In this document: piece by piece, positions 50,226 to 63,788 of the stretch | How positions within the stretch are numbered: the stretch's first letter is position 1 | Layout: each line of letters starts with the position of its first letter | Assembly (NCBI GenBank): GCA_030704615.1 | Contig: CM060731.1 | Coordinates: forward strand, 55,862,001-55,926,000 | Source: Takakia lepidozioides | Lineage: Eukaryota; Plantae; Bryophyta | Reading direction: 5' to 3' | Length of the DNA: 64,000 nt | Program-made: the position numbers and the translations under genes | The notes under the pieces: generated by a model | Told to the model about the DNA's origin: nothing | What the model saw: only the letters and a program-made list of their open reading frames with translations | Databases searched by the model: none

Positions 50226-53200
50226 ATGGGGTCGGAGTCTGTGAAGCGGGAGGGTAGCCAGTTGCTTGGGTTGCCTCCACGCAAAAGATTTAAACTCCTG
50301 GAGCAACACAGGAAAGAGAGAGAAGAAGAAACTCAGGGATTAGGTTCTCAGTGCAATAACATCACAAATGCCATGGTGATGCGCGTTTCTCCCAAGAATT
50401 TGTTGTCAAAGGGGTTCAAGGTGCTGGAGAAGCAGAAACATAAGCAGCAACAGCAGAGGCCCCAAGAGAATCTTATGCGTGCCATGCCACCGCCGCCACC
50501 TCGACCTGCTGCTGCAAAACGGAAAGATGTGCAGAAATCCTCTGCAATTCCTGAGACCATCAAAGGTTATGGTGCACACACCGCGAAGAAGGAGAAGCTG
50601 AAGGTGAGATTTGAGAAGGACTCTAATGTTCACCCGATTAGGAGCAAGCACATCGACTATCTATCTAGAGAGATGCCCAAATTGAGCATAATCAGGGAGG
50701 AGAGGAAGTTTCATTCGTCAGCTGGCCTATCAGAATCCGGTGATTCTCAAAAGGATGTGAAGCTGAGTTCAAAACGACAGCATCGAGAAAGCTCTAGCCC
50801 TGCTGCCGTCAGCTTGAATGAGGTGCCCTCAAAGTCATGGAAAGAGTCTACTGGCTTCACTTGCTCAGTTAATAAGGCCCAAGAAGACAATGACAGGGAG
50901 GATGGCCATGTACCAAACGGATACGACGAGATAATACCGACAGCCCCCCAAATAAAAGCGGAGATTTCAGTTTCTGAGGAGGTGGCAATGGAGAGTGTGA
51001 CCCACGAGCCTGTGAACATGAAGCTGGCCGACTTTGTGACACCAATGGATGTGGAGGTCCACGTTCCAGAGAGGGAGGAGACATGCGGGAATATCGTTGA
51101 AAAGGACGGTCGTGAAGATGACATTTTGGTGAGTCCGGACCATACTGTCTACGAGAGTACATCGTTCGACCTTGTGGAAAAGGATACTGAAAAGGTACGT
51201 CTTGAAACTGGTTCCTTGACTGTAAGTGTCTCTCATCTTCCGATGGAAGAGCCGGAGGATGTTAGAAGCGTTGAGGAAAAAGCAGGTGACGGTAGTTGCT
51301 GGGTTGCTGTGGGTGCAATCACTGCGGAATCAGCAGCCGACATTGGTGAAGCTGAAAACCCTACTGCTTCCAAACTCAGCGCAGAAATATCTGCCATTAG
51401 TGAGGCATTCTTGCCGAGACAGGAATCGCAAATCTGTAATGAAGAGGAAAGCCATTTGTGTGTAGATCCAGAACAGAGCATGGACAACATTCAGCCAACA
51501 AGTCCGCTGAATTCCATGCATTCTGATGTACCGATAGCTGAGAGCAACGTGGAGGAGAGTGAAGATGTTTTAGGTGATAGAGCTGAAATATTGAAAGAGT
51601 TGAGCTCGAAACTGGAGGTACTTTCTGAAGTGGTTCATGAACACCTTGTTTCTATCGAGCATCACAGTGAGGTGCAGCAGGCCTCTTGTAATGATGGGTC
51701 CACTATTTTGAATGAGGTAGCAGCTTGCATAGTGCCGCATTTGGTAGAGAGGCACATCGATGTGGAGGAGGGGTCCAAATTGCAGGCCGAAGATGAGTCA
51801 AGACTGTACGCTGATGAGTTTGAAATCCAAATTCCCGCCTGGTTAGACAGTGAACCTGTAATCTGCTGCAGCAAGGGTGAGATTGCAGCTGTGACTTGCG
51901 CTGTGAGGCAGCAGGAAGATGAAACTGCCATATGCTTAGGGACTGATGCTTCGAAGTGTATGAACAAAAGGGAGGAAGAGGAGGAGAAAGAGAAGGTGTC
52001 TGTATCGACAATTGGTGATGTTTTGCAAGTCAAGAAGCAGGAAGGACAGGAAATTAGCTCTCTGCAGAAGCCACTCTCAAAACGAGAGAGGCTACTTGCC
52101 GAATTAGATGGCCGTGCGGACAAGCTTTTTAGGCGAATGTTTGCGAGGGAGGGATTTAGTGGGTGGGACGTCGATGAAGATGACAGAGGAGCTGCTGTTT
52201 CCAAGGTTTGCGATAAATTGACACCCGATGATCTTGCCCTAAGTGAAATGGAGGTAGACATGGAGCTGACTAGTATGCCCCTGTCCAGAGTGGTTAGTCC
52301 AAAAGAAATTCCTGCCGTAGCGAAGCAATGTTGCTTTCCCAATGTTATAAATAAAGAGGAGGACAAGGAATGCATCATGGTGCCGTCTGCTGATGTTGGA
52401 GAAATGCCTCATAGTATGCCACATACAGGAGTGGTACATGAGATGCAAGAGATGCTAGATAGGACTTCCCAAGGACAGGAGGAGATGGACTATCAGAAAA
52501 TTTGTTCACAGTCTCAACAAGCTGGGGATCCATCTCTTGCGGACTTGAAGTCTGGTGCTGTTGAAGAGCAGGAGCAACCACAAAACGTAGTTCGCAAATC
52601 GTCAAAAGAAGACGGTGAATGGGATGAGGACTTGGATGATGATGTACCAGAATTCACCTTTGGAAATGTAAGTGGAATTACTCAGCGTGTGAAAGCACCT
52701 GGACGGTGCACAAATAACTCAAATTCCAAGCCTGTAGACATGGAAGAGGAGGATGGTGCCTGTGTTGTTTGTCAAAGCTCTGATGGAGAGCCCTCCGACC
52801 CAATTGTGTTCTGTGATGGTTGTGATGTTGCAGTGCATGCAAATTGCTATGGAAATCCTCTTCATTGTGAAATTCCTGAAGGAGACTGGTTTTGTGCCCA
52901 GTGCATGAGCAATAGTCCTGAAGCTCAGAAGTGCTGTTTGTGTCCTGCATTGGGCGGGGCAATGAAGAAGACTATTGATGGAAAATGGGCTCACATATCT
53001 TGCGCCGTCTTTGTGCCTGAGGTTAGTTTCGTTTATTGCGCTTGGTCTTGCAAGTGGTGATTAAAGTTGATCTTATATTATTTCAGGCTCACCACAGTAG
53101 TGTAGTGACTTTATAATTTGTACTATAATTGTTAAAATTTCAACTCTGAAATTGCAGGTGTTCTTCCGATCAGCTGATGACAGGGAGCCAATAGACACCA

Positions 53201-53623
53201 CACATGTACCCAATCACCGGTGGATCTCTGTATGTTCTGTCTGCAAAGCAACTGGAGGTGCATGTGTTGATTGCACTGAAATTGGTTGTGTCTCGAGCTT
53301 CCATGTTTCTTGTGCTTTGGAGATGGATCTGGCCATGGAATTTCGGAATGGGAGAGGTGGTGCTATTGTCATATCCTTCTGTGAGGCACATACTGCCCGT
53401 TGGAATCAGGTACAGTAAAATCAGAATCTGTCGTTCATCAATATTCAGCCTGGTTGAATGTTGTGCATGAAGATATTTTGCAGAATCTTCAGCAGCTTCA
53501 CTAACTAATGTTGGTTGTGGTTTACAGCAACAGGAGTCAAAAAAGGATCGCAGGAAGTTCAAGATTGTATCTCGTGAACCTCGGGAGAGTAAAGCGCCCC
53601 TGAAGTCGAAGGTGAGAACGTGA
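50226..53623 (+). CDS. PHD + extended PHD (PZP) finger protein, JADE/BRPF-like, ~1,047 aa; exons 50226-53021, 53158-53409, 53528-53623
   Basis: GLPPRKRFKL N-terminus; CVVC..DPIVFCDGCDVAVHANCYG..WFCAQC; CCLCPALGGAMK..WAHISCAVFVPEV; CSVC..C..C..FHVSC..FCEAH. Phase-0 GT-AG introns. Probable 5'UTR intron at 49698-49994. Confidence 0.92.
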
Positions 53624-54719
53624 TTGAAGTGGTGGGAGTAGTCATCCTCCATTACAAATCAATCTTAAATGGTGAAATTTCTATCAGTGCAAGTCTTTGC
53701 CCCCATCTTGTACTCTGATAAATCATGTGATAGGTCACACGTAGGTAGTCTGCAAACTTCTTGCAAAGAACACAGGAATGTAAAGAGATCATCTACGTTC
53801 ATAATTTACAAATTCGCTTGGTGTCGAAAGTTCTCCATTCTCTGGTAATATCTATTGGCAAATCACTTTTGCTTTCCAAAGTTTGGTTGACTATCAGATA
53901 ATATGTGTGACTCAAGCTTCTAGCAGCTTCTTGGCAAAATGACAACCTCCGGTGGTACAGCTTCCACATTGTAAGTCAATTCTTCATTCAAGGTGTTTAA
54001 CGAAACATGACAATTTGTTGCTATTTGCATCTTTCGGACCTGAAATCAGACCTGATCTAGGTACAACATGTACAGCATGATCTAAATCTAAAAGATCCAA
54101 CTCCCATGCAAACATGGTCAAAGAGAAAGGGAATTGAGCTGAATCTGCAGGTCTTCTCACATCTTCTGGAGCTGTTTGTATGCATCTGTGAACCAGTCAA
54201 GCTCACTCCAGATCCTATGTTACAATTTTACTTAAAGAATACCTTTGATGTAGGGGCAAAGGCACCAACACAATTCAATGTAGTGTTTGGGTATGTATTA
54301 GTCATTAGTACCGTTAAGTTGACCAATATGGGCCAAAGTCATCTCTTCAAAGTGCGCAATGCATGGGTATAAAATTTTCGAGCTATTGCCTTGTTTTTAA
54401 ATGCCACATGTACGTCTCCCAAGTATTCCAGGGTCTGCAAGTGGTATGCAACGAAATAAACTGGTGTTACAATTCTAGGCAAGTGGACATCTGCTATGTT
54501 TCCTTGCCACTGCATATGCATTTTTGCAACTTTGACATCTAGACTCCGCTATCTGCTGCCACGTAATTTGAAGGTCTAGAATCGATGGTGGTCTTGTTTA
54601 TCCTAAATTACTTGAACTCTAAGCATTCATCATGCCAATTCCTTTCTTGGCATGTTGACATGGACATATGCCTACTCTTCTTATCATCTGTTAAATTGAC
54701 ATGAATAAATCCTGCTTAA

Positions 54720-56680
54720 CCCCTACAGGACGAGCTAAATTCCAGCATTTTTGGACAAAATGTGTACAAGCCCTGCATATACAGGTTCTATCTTCCTACG
54801 GCCATACATCCACAGGGATGAACTGTACAATGTCATCCCTACTGACATGATGAACAGTGTGACAAACTTTCAGGAGATTTCGCATTTCAGGGATAATATA
54901 GCAAAAAAAAATGCCCCACCTTGAAAACAAATGAACTACCCTATGACAAATTCACCTTTGACCAATGCTTTTTGGCATTTTCCAGAAATTTGTAGAGTGA
55001 TTGGCCTCCACATTCTGGATTTGGGGCACATAGCAAGTGCTCCCTGCAAATATCAGACCGAACCACCAAAAATAGGGGCGGGCCCCGGGGGGTGAGGATT
55101 CATCTGAATTTGCTCTACTCAGCCCAAAGCTCCTAAATGCCCACCGAAACTAAACTGACTGCAGATTCCAAAGGTCATTGCATGCACCACTGTTTGGCAA
55201 AGGTCACTGCACAAAAAAAAATTGATTCAGAGGAAATTACACAGTTGGATGTGAATTTTTTTGGATTTTCTGGCCATCGACAAACCAAGTATTTTGATGC
55301 CGGACCGGTGTCTTCTCCGGTCGGTCTGTAAACGGCCATGTCACTGAAAACCCATGGTTTTGGGTGGGCTGCACCCAATTCCAAAACTTGATCGGCAATA
55401 CACAGGGGGCTTGCTTCTTCTCCAATCCGGCCAACTGCTTGGTATCAACGACTTGGGACTTTCCTTGCAGCATGACAAGAACCAGAACTGAGGGGGGATT
55501 GAACCCCTGATCTGCCCCTGTGTGCAGACACTACCCCCCCCCCCGCCCAAGTAGCCATACACCCTCCACCCTCCCAACAACACAACAATCACCACCTCAT
55601 GCCCCATATATGGCAACCACGACCATCAAGACCCCCAACCAAAACTCGACAAGCGCAACCAGATGCACCCCAGCAAATGTAATTCTAACCTCAGCAGGTT
55701 CAGCACCAAGCCGTGAAGACCACCTGTCAGCAAAACTCGAAATCCCAGTGTTCATGGAAATACTCAAGGCACCACCCACTTACACACATGACACACCCAC
55801 ATCCAACCCCCTACCAAGCCACAAATGCCAATCCACGATAAGTTCACAGGCAGAGACATACATGCCCTGAAACAATCACGACTGAGTCACAGGCAGAAGT
55901 TTAGAAGCACCAAAAACAACACAGCATGTGACAAACTACCTTTCCCGAACACGATGGGCCTCCCGCCAACACGCACCAAGACGTAGAAACGAATTTTGGC
56001 GTTGAGGACAGTAGTGATGCGTGCGTCTATTGCACTGCACACATAAACGTCGAAGTCTGGAATCAAGGTCCGGTGCACATTGGAAGCCCCTGGAACCAAG
56101 ACACTCTTCGTTTTCAGCCCCGCCCAAGTGCCTGCTGTGAGTTAGTGAGCCATGGCCAGACTATAAGATCTAGGCGGGACATAGCTCGAACACTCATGCT
56201 CTTCATGATGGCTACACGTAAAATGTAGATGTTCACCATAGTGGTATCCAGAAGAAAGAAGAAAACCATGTGCCAGCACTTCTGGTTTTGAACTGCATGT
56301 TATAAGCTCCCCGAAGCTAGTCTTGCACGTCCACACCACGCATGTAGGTCTGGTACTGCACATGCATTGGCACAGAGGGCACCAAGACCCTTTGGTTGCC
56401 CACAAATCGCTTCACACTAACACTAGGTGAAATGGGGCCCGACGCTGGCCGAGCCCCCGATGACACCATGACACCCTTCTTGTCCCACCACAGGCATGTC
56501 GCAACTTGTCGGCTATTGTGCATTCTGAACCCAGTGTCCCCTTGCTTGGCTTTTTTGTTCTTTTTCAAGCATGTCAAGAAAGGAGGCAGTCCCTTCTTAT
56601 TCAACCAAACTGTGCCAGTGGCCCAAGTGCCTTTCAAGGCCTGCAAACCATATAACAATTGGGGAGAAGTAAAATAAAAC
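54720..56680 (-). mobile_element. piggyBac transposon 3' half
   Basis: TTAA|CCCCTACAGGACG terminus at 54716-54732; YFTSPQL..ATGTVWLNKKGLP..WWDKKGV; YQTYMRGVDVQD; Cys-rich tail RRLCVQC..THHYCPQ..ACWREAH. Confidence 0.85.
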
Positions 56681-56704
56681 CGGAAATGCGTGGGCCGGGA
56701 TGTC

Positions 56705-58803
56705 TGTGCGTTGCACCATTTCCTGCCTGTCCGGCCCCAAGCCCCACTGTTTCCCTTTCAAAAACTCGTTGTACCTGCATTGCTGCATAATTGACCTCAG
56801 AATGTCCTCCGTTGTGGCAGTGAGGATGTCCACCAGATGCGCTGCAGAGGAGGCACGCCAAGAAGAGTGCACTGATTCGGCCATGTTTGTCGTGGGCATG
56901 TCGGTGTCGGAGTCGAGACACATTTCCTGCACAAGCACATGTTCAGGTTACAAGCAAGTTACAAATATGGCCAAGAATAATATTCAACGGGACGCGAATT
57001 CGTGCAACTCACCTCCCGCATATAGTCGCCGAACTGGAGGAAACGATAATGCCACCATGCTAGCCAACTGATCATTACTCCCTCGTCTGATTTCCTTACA
57101 GCACCTGATGATGTCCACCAAGCCCGTATGCATGCAAACTGTGTCTCTGCATCATCCAAGGTGGGAGCGCGCTTCCACGCAAGGCACAGGGAACGGTGCT
57201 CCTCTCTGAAATCTGGCGCCACGAGCCTGGTTGTGTACTGCGAAAGGCTCTGCAGAAAATGGGACCCACAAGATCTCTCCTTGCCTTCCATGGGAACATT
57301 GGGGTCTTGCCCGTACACCCTTCGGATGGCAGCCCAATTTGCTTGTGCGTTGTCCGCCATGAAACCACGGAAATTGGGAGGGGCAATCCCGCCTTGGCCA
57401 TCTGTTCGTTTATTCCCTGCCAAAGAAGCATCTCCGATTGTGTGTCCTCTCCTTTCATCTCACAAATAGCAATTGTCATTAGCATCCTGCAGTGGGTGTC
57501 GTAGACATGTGCACCCATTGTCACCCACTGGTGATTTGTAATTCGCTTGATATGGTCGAACATGACCCAACTGTTTGACAAGTTCCCACTCGTCATCCTG
57601 TCGACCAGTTCGACGCCGCTGCCAGGTCCACACGTGGACATTTTGAATACGAAACAACGATATGCCTCAGTCCCTTGTCCTGGAAACCTACTTCCATGAA
57701 TGTAGTCATATCCACATCGTCGCTTCACCTCCAGAATGGAGTGCATATCCGAGGCACGCCCAATTTTCTGTTTGCATGAGACAATGTGGTTTCGGACATT
57801 CGGTGAACATACGTGGGACACCGACTCCAGCAATGCTTAAATGTGGAGTTCGGAACCTTCTCCTGAGCTCGAAATGGTTGATGAGCTGTGCCTGTCCAAT
57901 CGGTCTCGTTCATGTGACCTTTGGATTTAAAGTGGAAGCAAGTTGGGGAGAAACACCGCAACGCGCCCGCACAAACAACGTAGCGCACCCGCACACCATC
58001 GAGCATCTTCATGCTGGTGGTTTTGGTAACGCACCAAGGATGACCGTCATGTTTTCTATCCATATCTGTCAACATTCCGGACGCCCTCGAGTAGTCCGCC
58101 CGAGGAGGGAACTCAAAGAAGATATTACCGTCGACGTCGGCGGGAAGGCATGTAACCGATTTAATTGCGAACTTGCTGTAGTCCAGCCCGGCCAGCTCCG
58201 ACCGGTGTCCCTCCAGGTGAAGCCCTCGCAGAATTTCAAGAATAGATCGAACTGCGGTGCTCGTGCTGGGAATATGACTCCCTCCTCCACTGACGTCCAT
58301 TGAGGACTTGCCTGACTCCAGGACGACCTCGGAACTTCCATGACCTCGTCTGAGTCGGACAGGTTGTGAACAACCCGGTTCTCGCTCGTCTTCATGGATG
58401 GGTTCGGCTCTGGATTTACTTAGTTGCGGACTTCTCTCTTTGAGGTAGCCACTCTTTGAGGTAACCACTCTCTGATTCGCGGATTGTTTCGTGGAAGGCG
58501 CCAGGATAGAAGGTGCATTTGGCGGGCAAATGAAGTCCCCAACAGCCCTGTATATGACGCTGTCCGATGGTGGAACTCGCTATTCCCTGCCATCGCCAAA
58601 ATCATCGTGGAGCACAACAATACTCTCGACAACAAGGCCGTTAGAGTCCTTCCTTTCCTCCTCCAAAAAACCCGACCCGGTTTCAGGTGGTATCGAACGC
58701 ACAGATATTTTTCCATCACCCGGCAGATGTCCCCTCTGCACGGAAATGAAGCTCTATGCTCGTGAGGAGGGCAGTACACTGTAGCGCTCGGGTTTTCCGC
58801 CAT
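56705..58803 (-). pseudogene. GCM-like/MULE transposase copy B, 3'-truncated and internally deleted
   Basis: Same domains as copy A (DGHPWCVTKT, WVMFDH, FMADNA, CGSHF, TNMAES). Intron 56927-57012 is at the same position as in copy A. Confidence 0.87.
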
Positions 58804-59104
58804 GGAGATGTGCACACAAGACTGCCAGGATGGCGTGCGGGGAAGCTCCCTGGTAGAAGGGGGATGCAGCGATGGGAATGAATGCGATGCCGATTTGTCC
58901 GAGCGACGAAGCCTGATCCAAATCCAGAGAGCCAACTATCTCAAAAATCCACAGTCAGAGTGTTAATGAACTTTGTCTCCGGAATGCGGCCCCTGGTCTT
59001 TGCGCAATAACTGCCAACGGTATGCAGTCAGAAAGTGGGGGCCGTCCGGATGATGACGGCTGAAGGGGAGAAGCCGGCACCGTGCCGTCACATTACTACC
59101 CCCA

Positions 59105-60750
59105 AATGGAAATTCGGCACCCAATATCCAACAGGGGAAGCCCGGATGAAGTTGCCTCGGGCGCAGAGCCGCGCGTGTGCGACAGAGAACATCCCCTGGA
59201 TGGAGATTCGGTGCCGAATTTCCATCCAGGCCCCCCCAAAGGAAGTCGTGTCGGGGGGTCAAGCCGAAAACTGGCCGGCATAAAAACATCCCCAGATGGA
59301 AAAACGGCGCCGAATTTCCATCCAGGGCGGTTCGGATGCACTCGGGGAGGGGGAAGAGGCCGGCACTTGGCCGTCACATTTCAACCCCCGGACGGAAATT
59401 CGGCACCGAATATCGAACAGGGGACGCCCGGATGAAGTCGCCTCGAGCGTAGAGGTCGGCACGTGTTCGATAGAGAGCATCCCCTGGATGGAGATTCGGC
59501 ACCGAATTTCCATCCGGGCCCTCCCAAAGGAAGTCGTGTTGGGGGGTCAGACCGAAAACTGGCCGACATAAAAACCTTCCCAGATGGGAAAACGGCGCCG
59601 AATTTCAATCCGGGGCCGTTCCAATGCAGTCGGGGAGGGGGGAGAGGTCGGCACCTGGCCGTCATATTTCAACCCCCGGACGGAAATTCGGCACCGAATA
59701 TCCAACAGAGCGGCGGAGAGGCCGACACCTCTCCGACAGAGACCATCCCCCGGATGGAAATTCGGCGCCGAATTTCCATCCAGCAGGTAAGTGCAATCCC
59801 GGATGGATGGAAATCCGGAGCCGCATTTCCATCCTGCAGGTAATTCGAATCCCGGACGGATGGAAATCCGGCGCCGCATTTCCATCCTGCAGGTAATTCG
59901 AATCCCGGACGGATGGAAATCCGGCGCCGGATTTCCATCCTGCAGGTAATTCGAATCCCGGACGGATGGAAATCCGGCGCCGGATTTCCATCCAGCAGGT
60001 AATTGGAATCCCGGACGGATGGAAATCCGGCGCCGAATTTCCATTCACCAGGTATTTCATTGCTCAGAATTACCTTCCTGCAGGTAATTCTGATCGATGA
60101 AGGTGGGAAGACAATTCCTCGCTCAGAATTACATGCACGAAGGTAATCCATCGATCAGAATTACCTGCAGGAAGGTAATTCATCAATCAGAATTACCTGC
60201 AGGAAGGTAATTCTGAGCGATGAAATACCTGGCGAATGGAAATTCGGCGCCGAATATCCATACGCAAGCGATCCGACTTACCTGCTGGATGGAAATTCGG
60301 CGCCGGATTTCCACCCATCGGGGTTTCGAATTACCTGCAGGATGGAAATTCGGAGCCGGATTTCCATCCATCGGGGTTCGAATTACCTGCAGGATGGAAA
60401 TTCGGCGCCGAATTTCCATCCATCTGGGATTTGAATTACCTGCAGGATGGAAATACGGCGCCGGATTTCCATCCATCCGGGATTCCACTTACCTGCTGGA
60501 TGGAAATGCGGCGCCGGATTTCCATCCATCCGGGATTCCACTTACCTGCTGGATGGAAATGCGGCGCCGGATTTCCATCCATCCGGGATTCCACTTACCT
60601 GCTGGATGGAAATTCGGCGCCGGATTTCCATCCATCCGGGATTGCACTTATCTGCTGGATGGAAATTCGGCGCCGGATTTCCATCCATCGGGGATTCGAA
60701 TTACCTGCAGGATGGAAATAAGGCGCCGGATTTCCATCCATCCGCTCTTC
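59105..60750. repeat. Palindrome array B: GGAAAT(C/T)CGGCGCCG(G/A)ATTTCC, first at ~96-bp then at 53-bp period, inverted about ~60150
   Basis: Starts at 59202, 59298, 59394, 59490 and at 59756, 59809, 59862, 59915, 59968, 60021. Confidence 0.95.
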
Positions 60751-62671
60751 GAATTACCTGCATGACTGGGAAAATGGCGCAGAATTTCCGATTTTGGTGC
60801 CAGTCAGATCTGGGACTTAGCCATTTTTGGCCCCGAACTGGAAAAATGGCGCCAAAAAGAAAAAAAAAGAAAAAAAAAAAACGCCGTTTTTCCTATTCGG
60901 GGCCGAAAACGGCTAAGTCCCAGATCTGACTGGCACCAAAATCGGAAATTCGGCGCCATTTTTCCAATCATGGAGGTAATTCGAAGAGCGGATGGATGGA
61001 AATCCGGCACCGGATTTCCATCCATCCGCGATCCGAAGTACCTCCTTGATGGAAATTTTGCGCGCCGACCTACTCCGGTGCCGGATTTCCATCAATCCGC
61101 TCTTCGAATAACCTCCATGACTGGAAAAATGGCGCCGAATTTCCGATTTTGGTGCCAGTCAGATCTGGGACTTAGCCCTTTCCGGCCCCGAACTAAAAAA
61201 TTGCGCCGGAAAAAAAAAAAAAAAAAACGCCATTTTTCCAGTTCGGGGCCAAAAACGGCTAAGTCACAGATCTGACTCGCACCAAAATCGGAAATTCGGC
61301 GCCATTTTTCCAGTCATGGAGGTAATTCGAAGAGCGGATGGATGGAAATCCGGTGCCGGATTTCCATCCATCCGTGCTCCAAATTACCTCCATGATGGAA
61401 ATTTTGCGCGGCGACCTACCTGGCGGATGGAAATCCGGCGCCGGATTTCCATCCATCCGCTCTTCGAATTACCTGCATGACTGGAAAAATGGCGCCGAAT
61501 TTCCGATTTTGGTGCCAGTCAGATCTGGGACTTAGCCATTTTCTGCCCCGAACAGGAAAATGGCGCCGAAAAAAACGAAAAAAAAAAAAAAAAAACAAAA
61601 CAAAACGCCATTTTTCGAGTTTGGGGCCGAAAACGGCTAAGTCCCAGATCTGACTGGCACCAAAATCGGAAATTCGGCGCCATTTTTCCAGTCATGGAGG
61701 TAATTCGAAGAGCGGATGGATGGAAATCCGGTGCCGGATTTCCATCCATCCGCGCTCCGAATTACCTGCATGATGGAAATTTTGCGCGCCGACCTATTCC
61801 GGTGCCGGATTTCCATCCATCCGCTCTTCGAATTACCTGCATGACTGGGAAAATGGCGCCGAATTTCCGATTTTGGTGCCAGTCAGATCTGGGACTTAGC
61901 CATTTTTGGCCCCGAACTGGAAAAATGGCGCCAAAAGAAAAAAAAAAAAGAAAAAAAAAAAACGCCGTTTTTCCTATTCGGGGCCGAAAACGGCTAAGTC
62001 CCAGATCTGACTGGCACCAAAATCGGAAATTCGGCGCCATTTTTCCAGTCATGGAGGTAATTCGAAGAGCGGATGGATGGAAATCCGGCGCCGGATTTCC
62101 ATCCATCCGCGCTCCGAATTACCTGCATGATGGAAATTTTGCGCGGCGACCTACCTGGCGGATGGAAATCCGGCGCCGGATTTCCATCCATCTGCTCTTC
62201 GAATTACCTGCATGACTGGAAAAATGGCGCCGAATTTTCGATTTTGGTGCCAGTCAGATATGGGACTTAGCCATTTTCGGGCCCGAACTGGAAAAATGGC
62301 GACGAAAAGAAAAAAAAGAAAAAAGAAAACGCCATTTTTCGAGTTCGGGGCCGAAAACGGCTAAGTCCCAGATCTAACTGGCACCAAAATCGGAAATTTG
62401 GCGCCATTTTTCCAGTCATGGAGGTAATTTGAAGAGCGGATGGATGGAAATCCGGCGCCGGATTTCCATCCATCTGCACTCCGAATTACCTGCATGATGG
62501 AAATTTTGCGCGGCGACCTACCTGGCGGATGGAAATCCGGCGCCGGATTTCCGTCCATCCGCTCTTCGAATTACCTGCATGACTGGAAAAGTGGCGCCGA
62601 ATTTCCGATTTTGGTGCCAGTCAGATCTGGGACTTAGCCATTTTCGGCCCCGAACTGGAAAAATGGCGCCG

Positions 62672-62712
<41 letters not shown>

Positions 62713-63425
62713 CCATTTTTCGAGTTCGGGGCCGAAAACGGCTAAGTCCCAGATCTGACTGGCACCAAAATCGGAAATTCGGCGCCATTTTTCCAGTCAT
62801 GGAGGTAATTCGAAGAGCGGATGGATGGAAATCCGGCGCCGGATTTCCATCCATCCGCGCTCCGAATTACCTACATGATGGAATTTTTGCGCGCCGACCT
62901 ACTCTGGTGCCGGATTTCCATCCATCCGCTCTTCGAATTACCTGCATGACTGGAAAAATGGCGCTGAATTTCCGATTTTGGTGCCAGTCAGATCTGGGAC
63001 TTAGCCATTTTCGGCCCCGAACTGGAAAAATGGCGCCGAAACAAAACAAAACAAAACAAAACAAAACAAAAACCCCATTTTTCCAGTTCGAGGCCGAAAA
63101 CGGCTAAGTCCCAGATCTGACTAGCACCCAAAATCGGAAATTCGGCGCGATTTTTCCAGTTCTGGGCCCAGTCAGATCTGGGACTTAGCCATTTTCGGCC
63201 CCGAACTAGAAAAATGGCGCCGAAAAAAAAAAAAAAAAAAAAAAAAAACGCTATTTTTTTGGTTTGGGGCTCTGTCAGATCTGGGACTTAGCCATTTTCG
63301 GCCCCGAAAATGGCTAAGTCCCGAGGGTGGCTGGCACCAAAATCGGAAATTCGGCGCCATTTTTCCAGTCATGCAGGTACTTCGAAGAGCGGATGGATGG
63401 AAATCCGGCGCCGGATTTCCATCCG
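60750..63425. repeat. Fold-back satellite: about 7 units of ~360 bp, each with ~140-bp inverted arms around a poly-A loop
   Basis: CAGATCTGGGACTTAGCC recurs near 60805, 61160, 61520, 61884, 62254, 62621 and 62989, with its reverse complement after each A-tract. Confidence 0.95.
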
Positions 63426-63788
63426 TCAGGTAGGTCGGCGCGCAAAATTTGGGGGAGAAGATGGGGGAGAAGATGCAGAAGATTCCCAGGAGGTGAGGTG
63501 GACAGTCCCCCAAGAGGACGGGATTTTTGAGAGGCATAGTGGAACTGATGCATCACAAAGGTCGAAGGATGAGGGGGATGAGGAAGAAGGTGGGGCAAGT
63601 TCCTCGGAGGGTGTAGGAGAGTAGTGCCCATTCCGGCTATGACAGTTAGAACACACTTGTATAGACGTGGCTTGCCACAAAATTTGCAATAAAATGTTGC
63701 ATTTCAAGTCCACTGGTGCTACATTCCAACTTCACATGACCCTATTTCCGTGCCTCCTAACCCTATTTCCGTGGACTCACAATGGTCT

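Noticed and set aside
59259-63537. Many ORFs with MEIRRRISI / DGNPAPDFHP repeats (also RKCGTAFP at 34-36 kb)
   Set aside because: These are translations of palindromic repeats that are open in all frames, with no coding signature.
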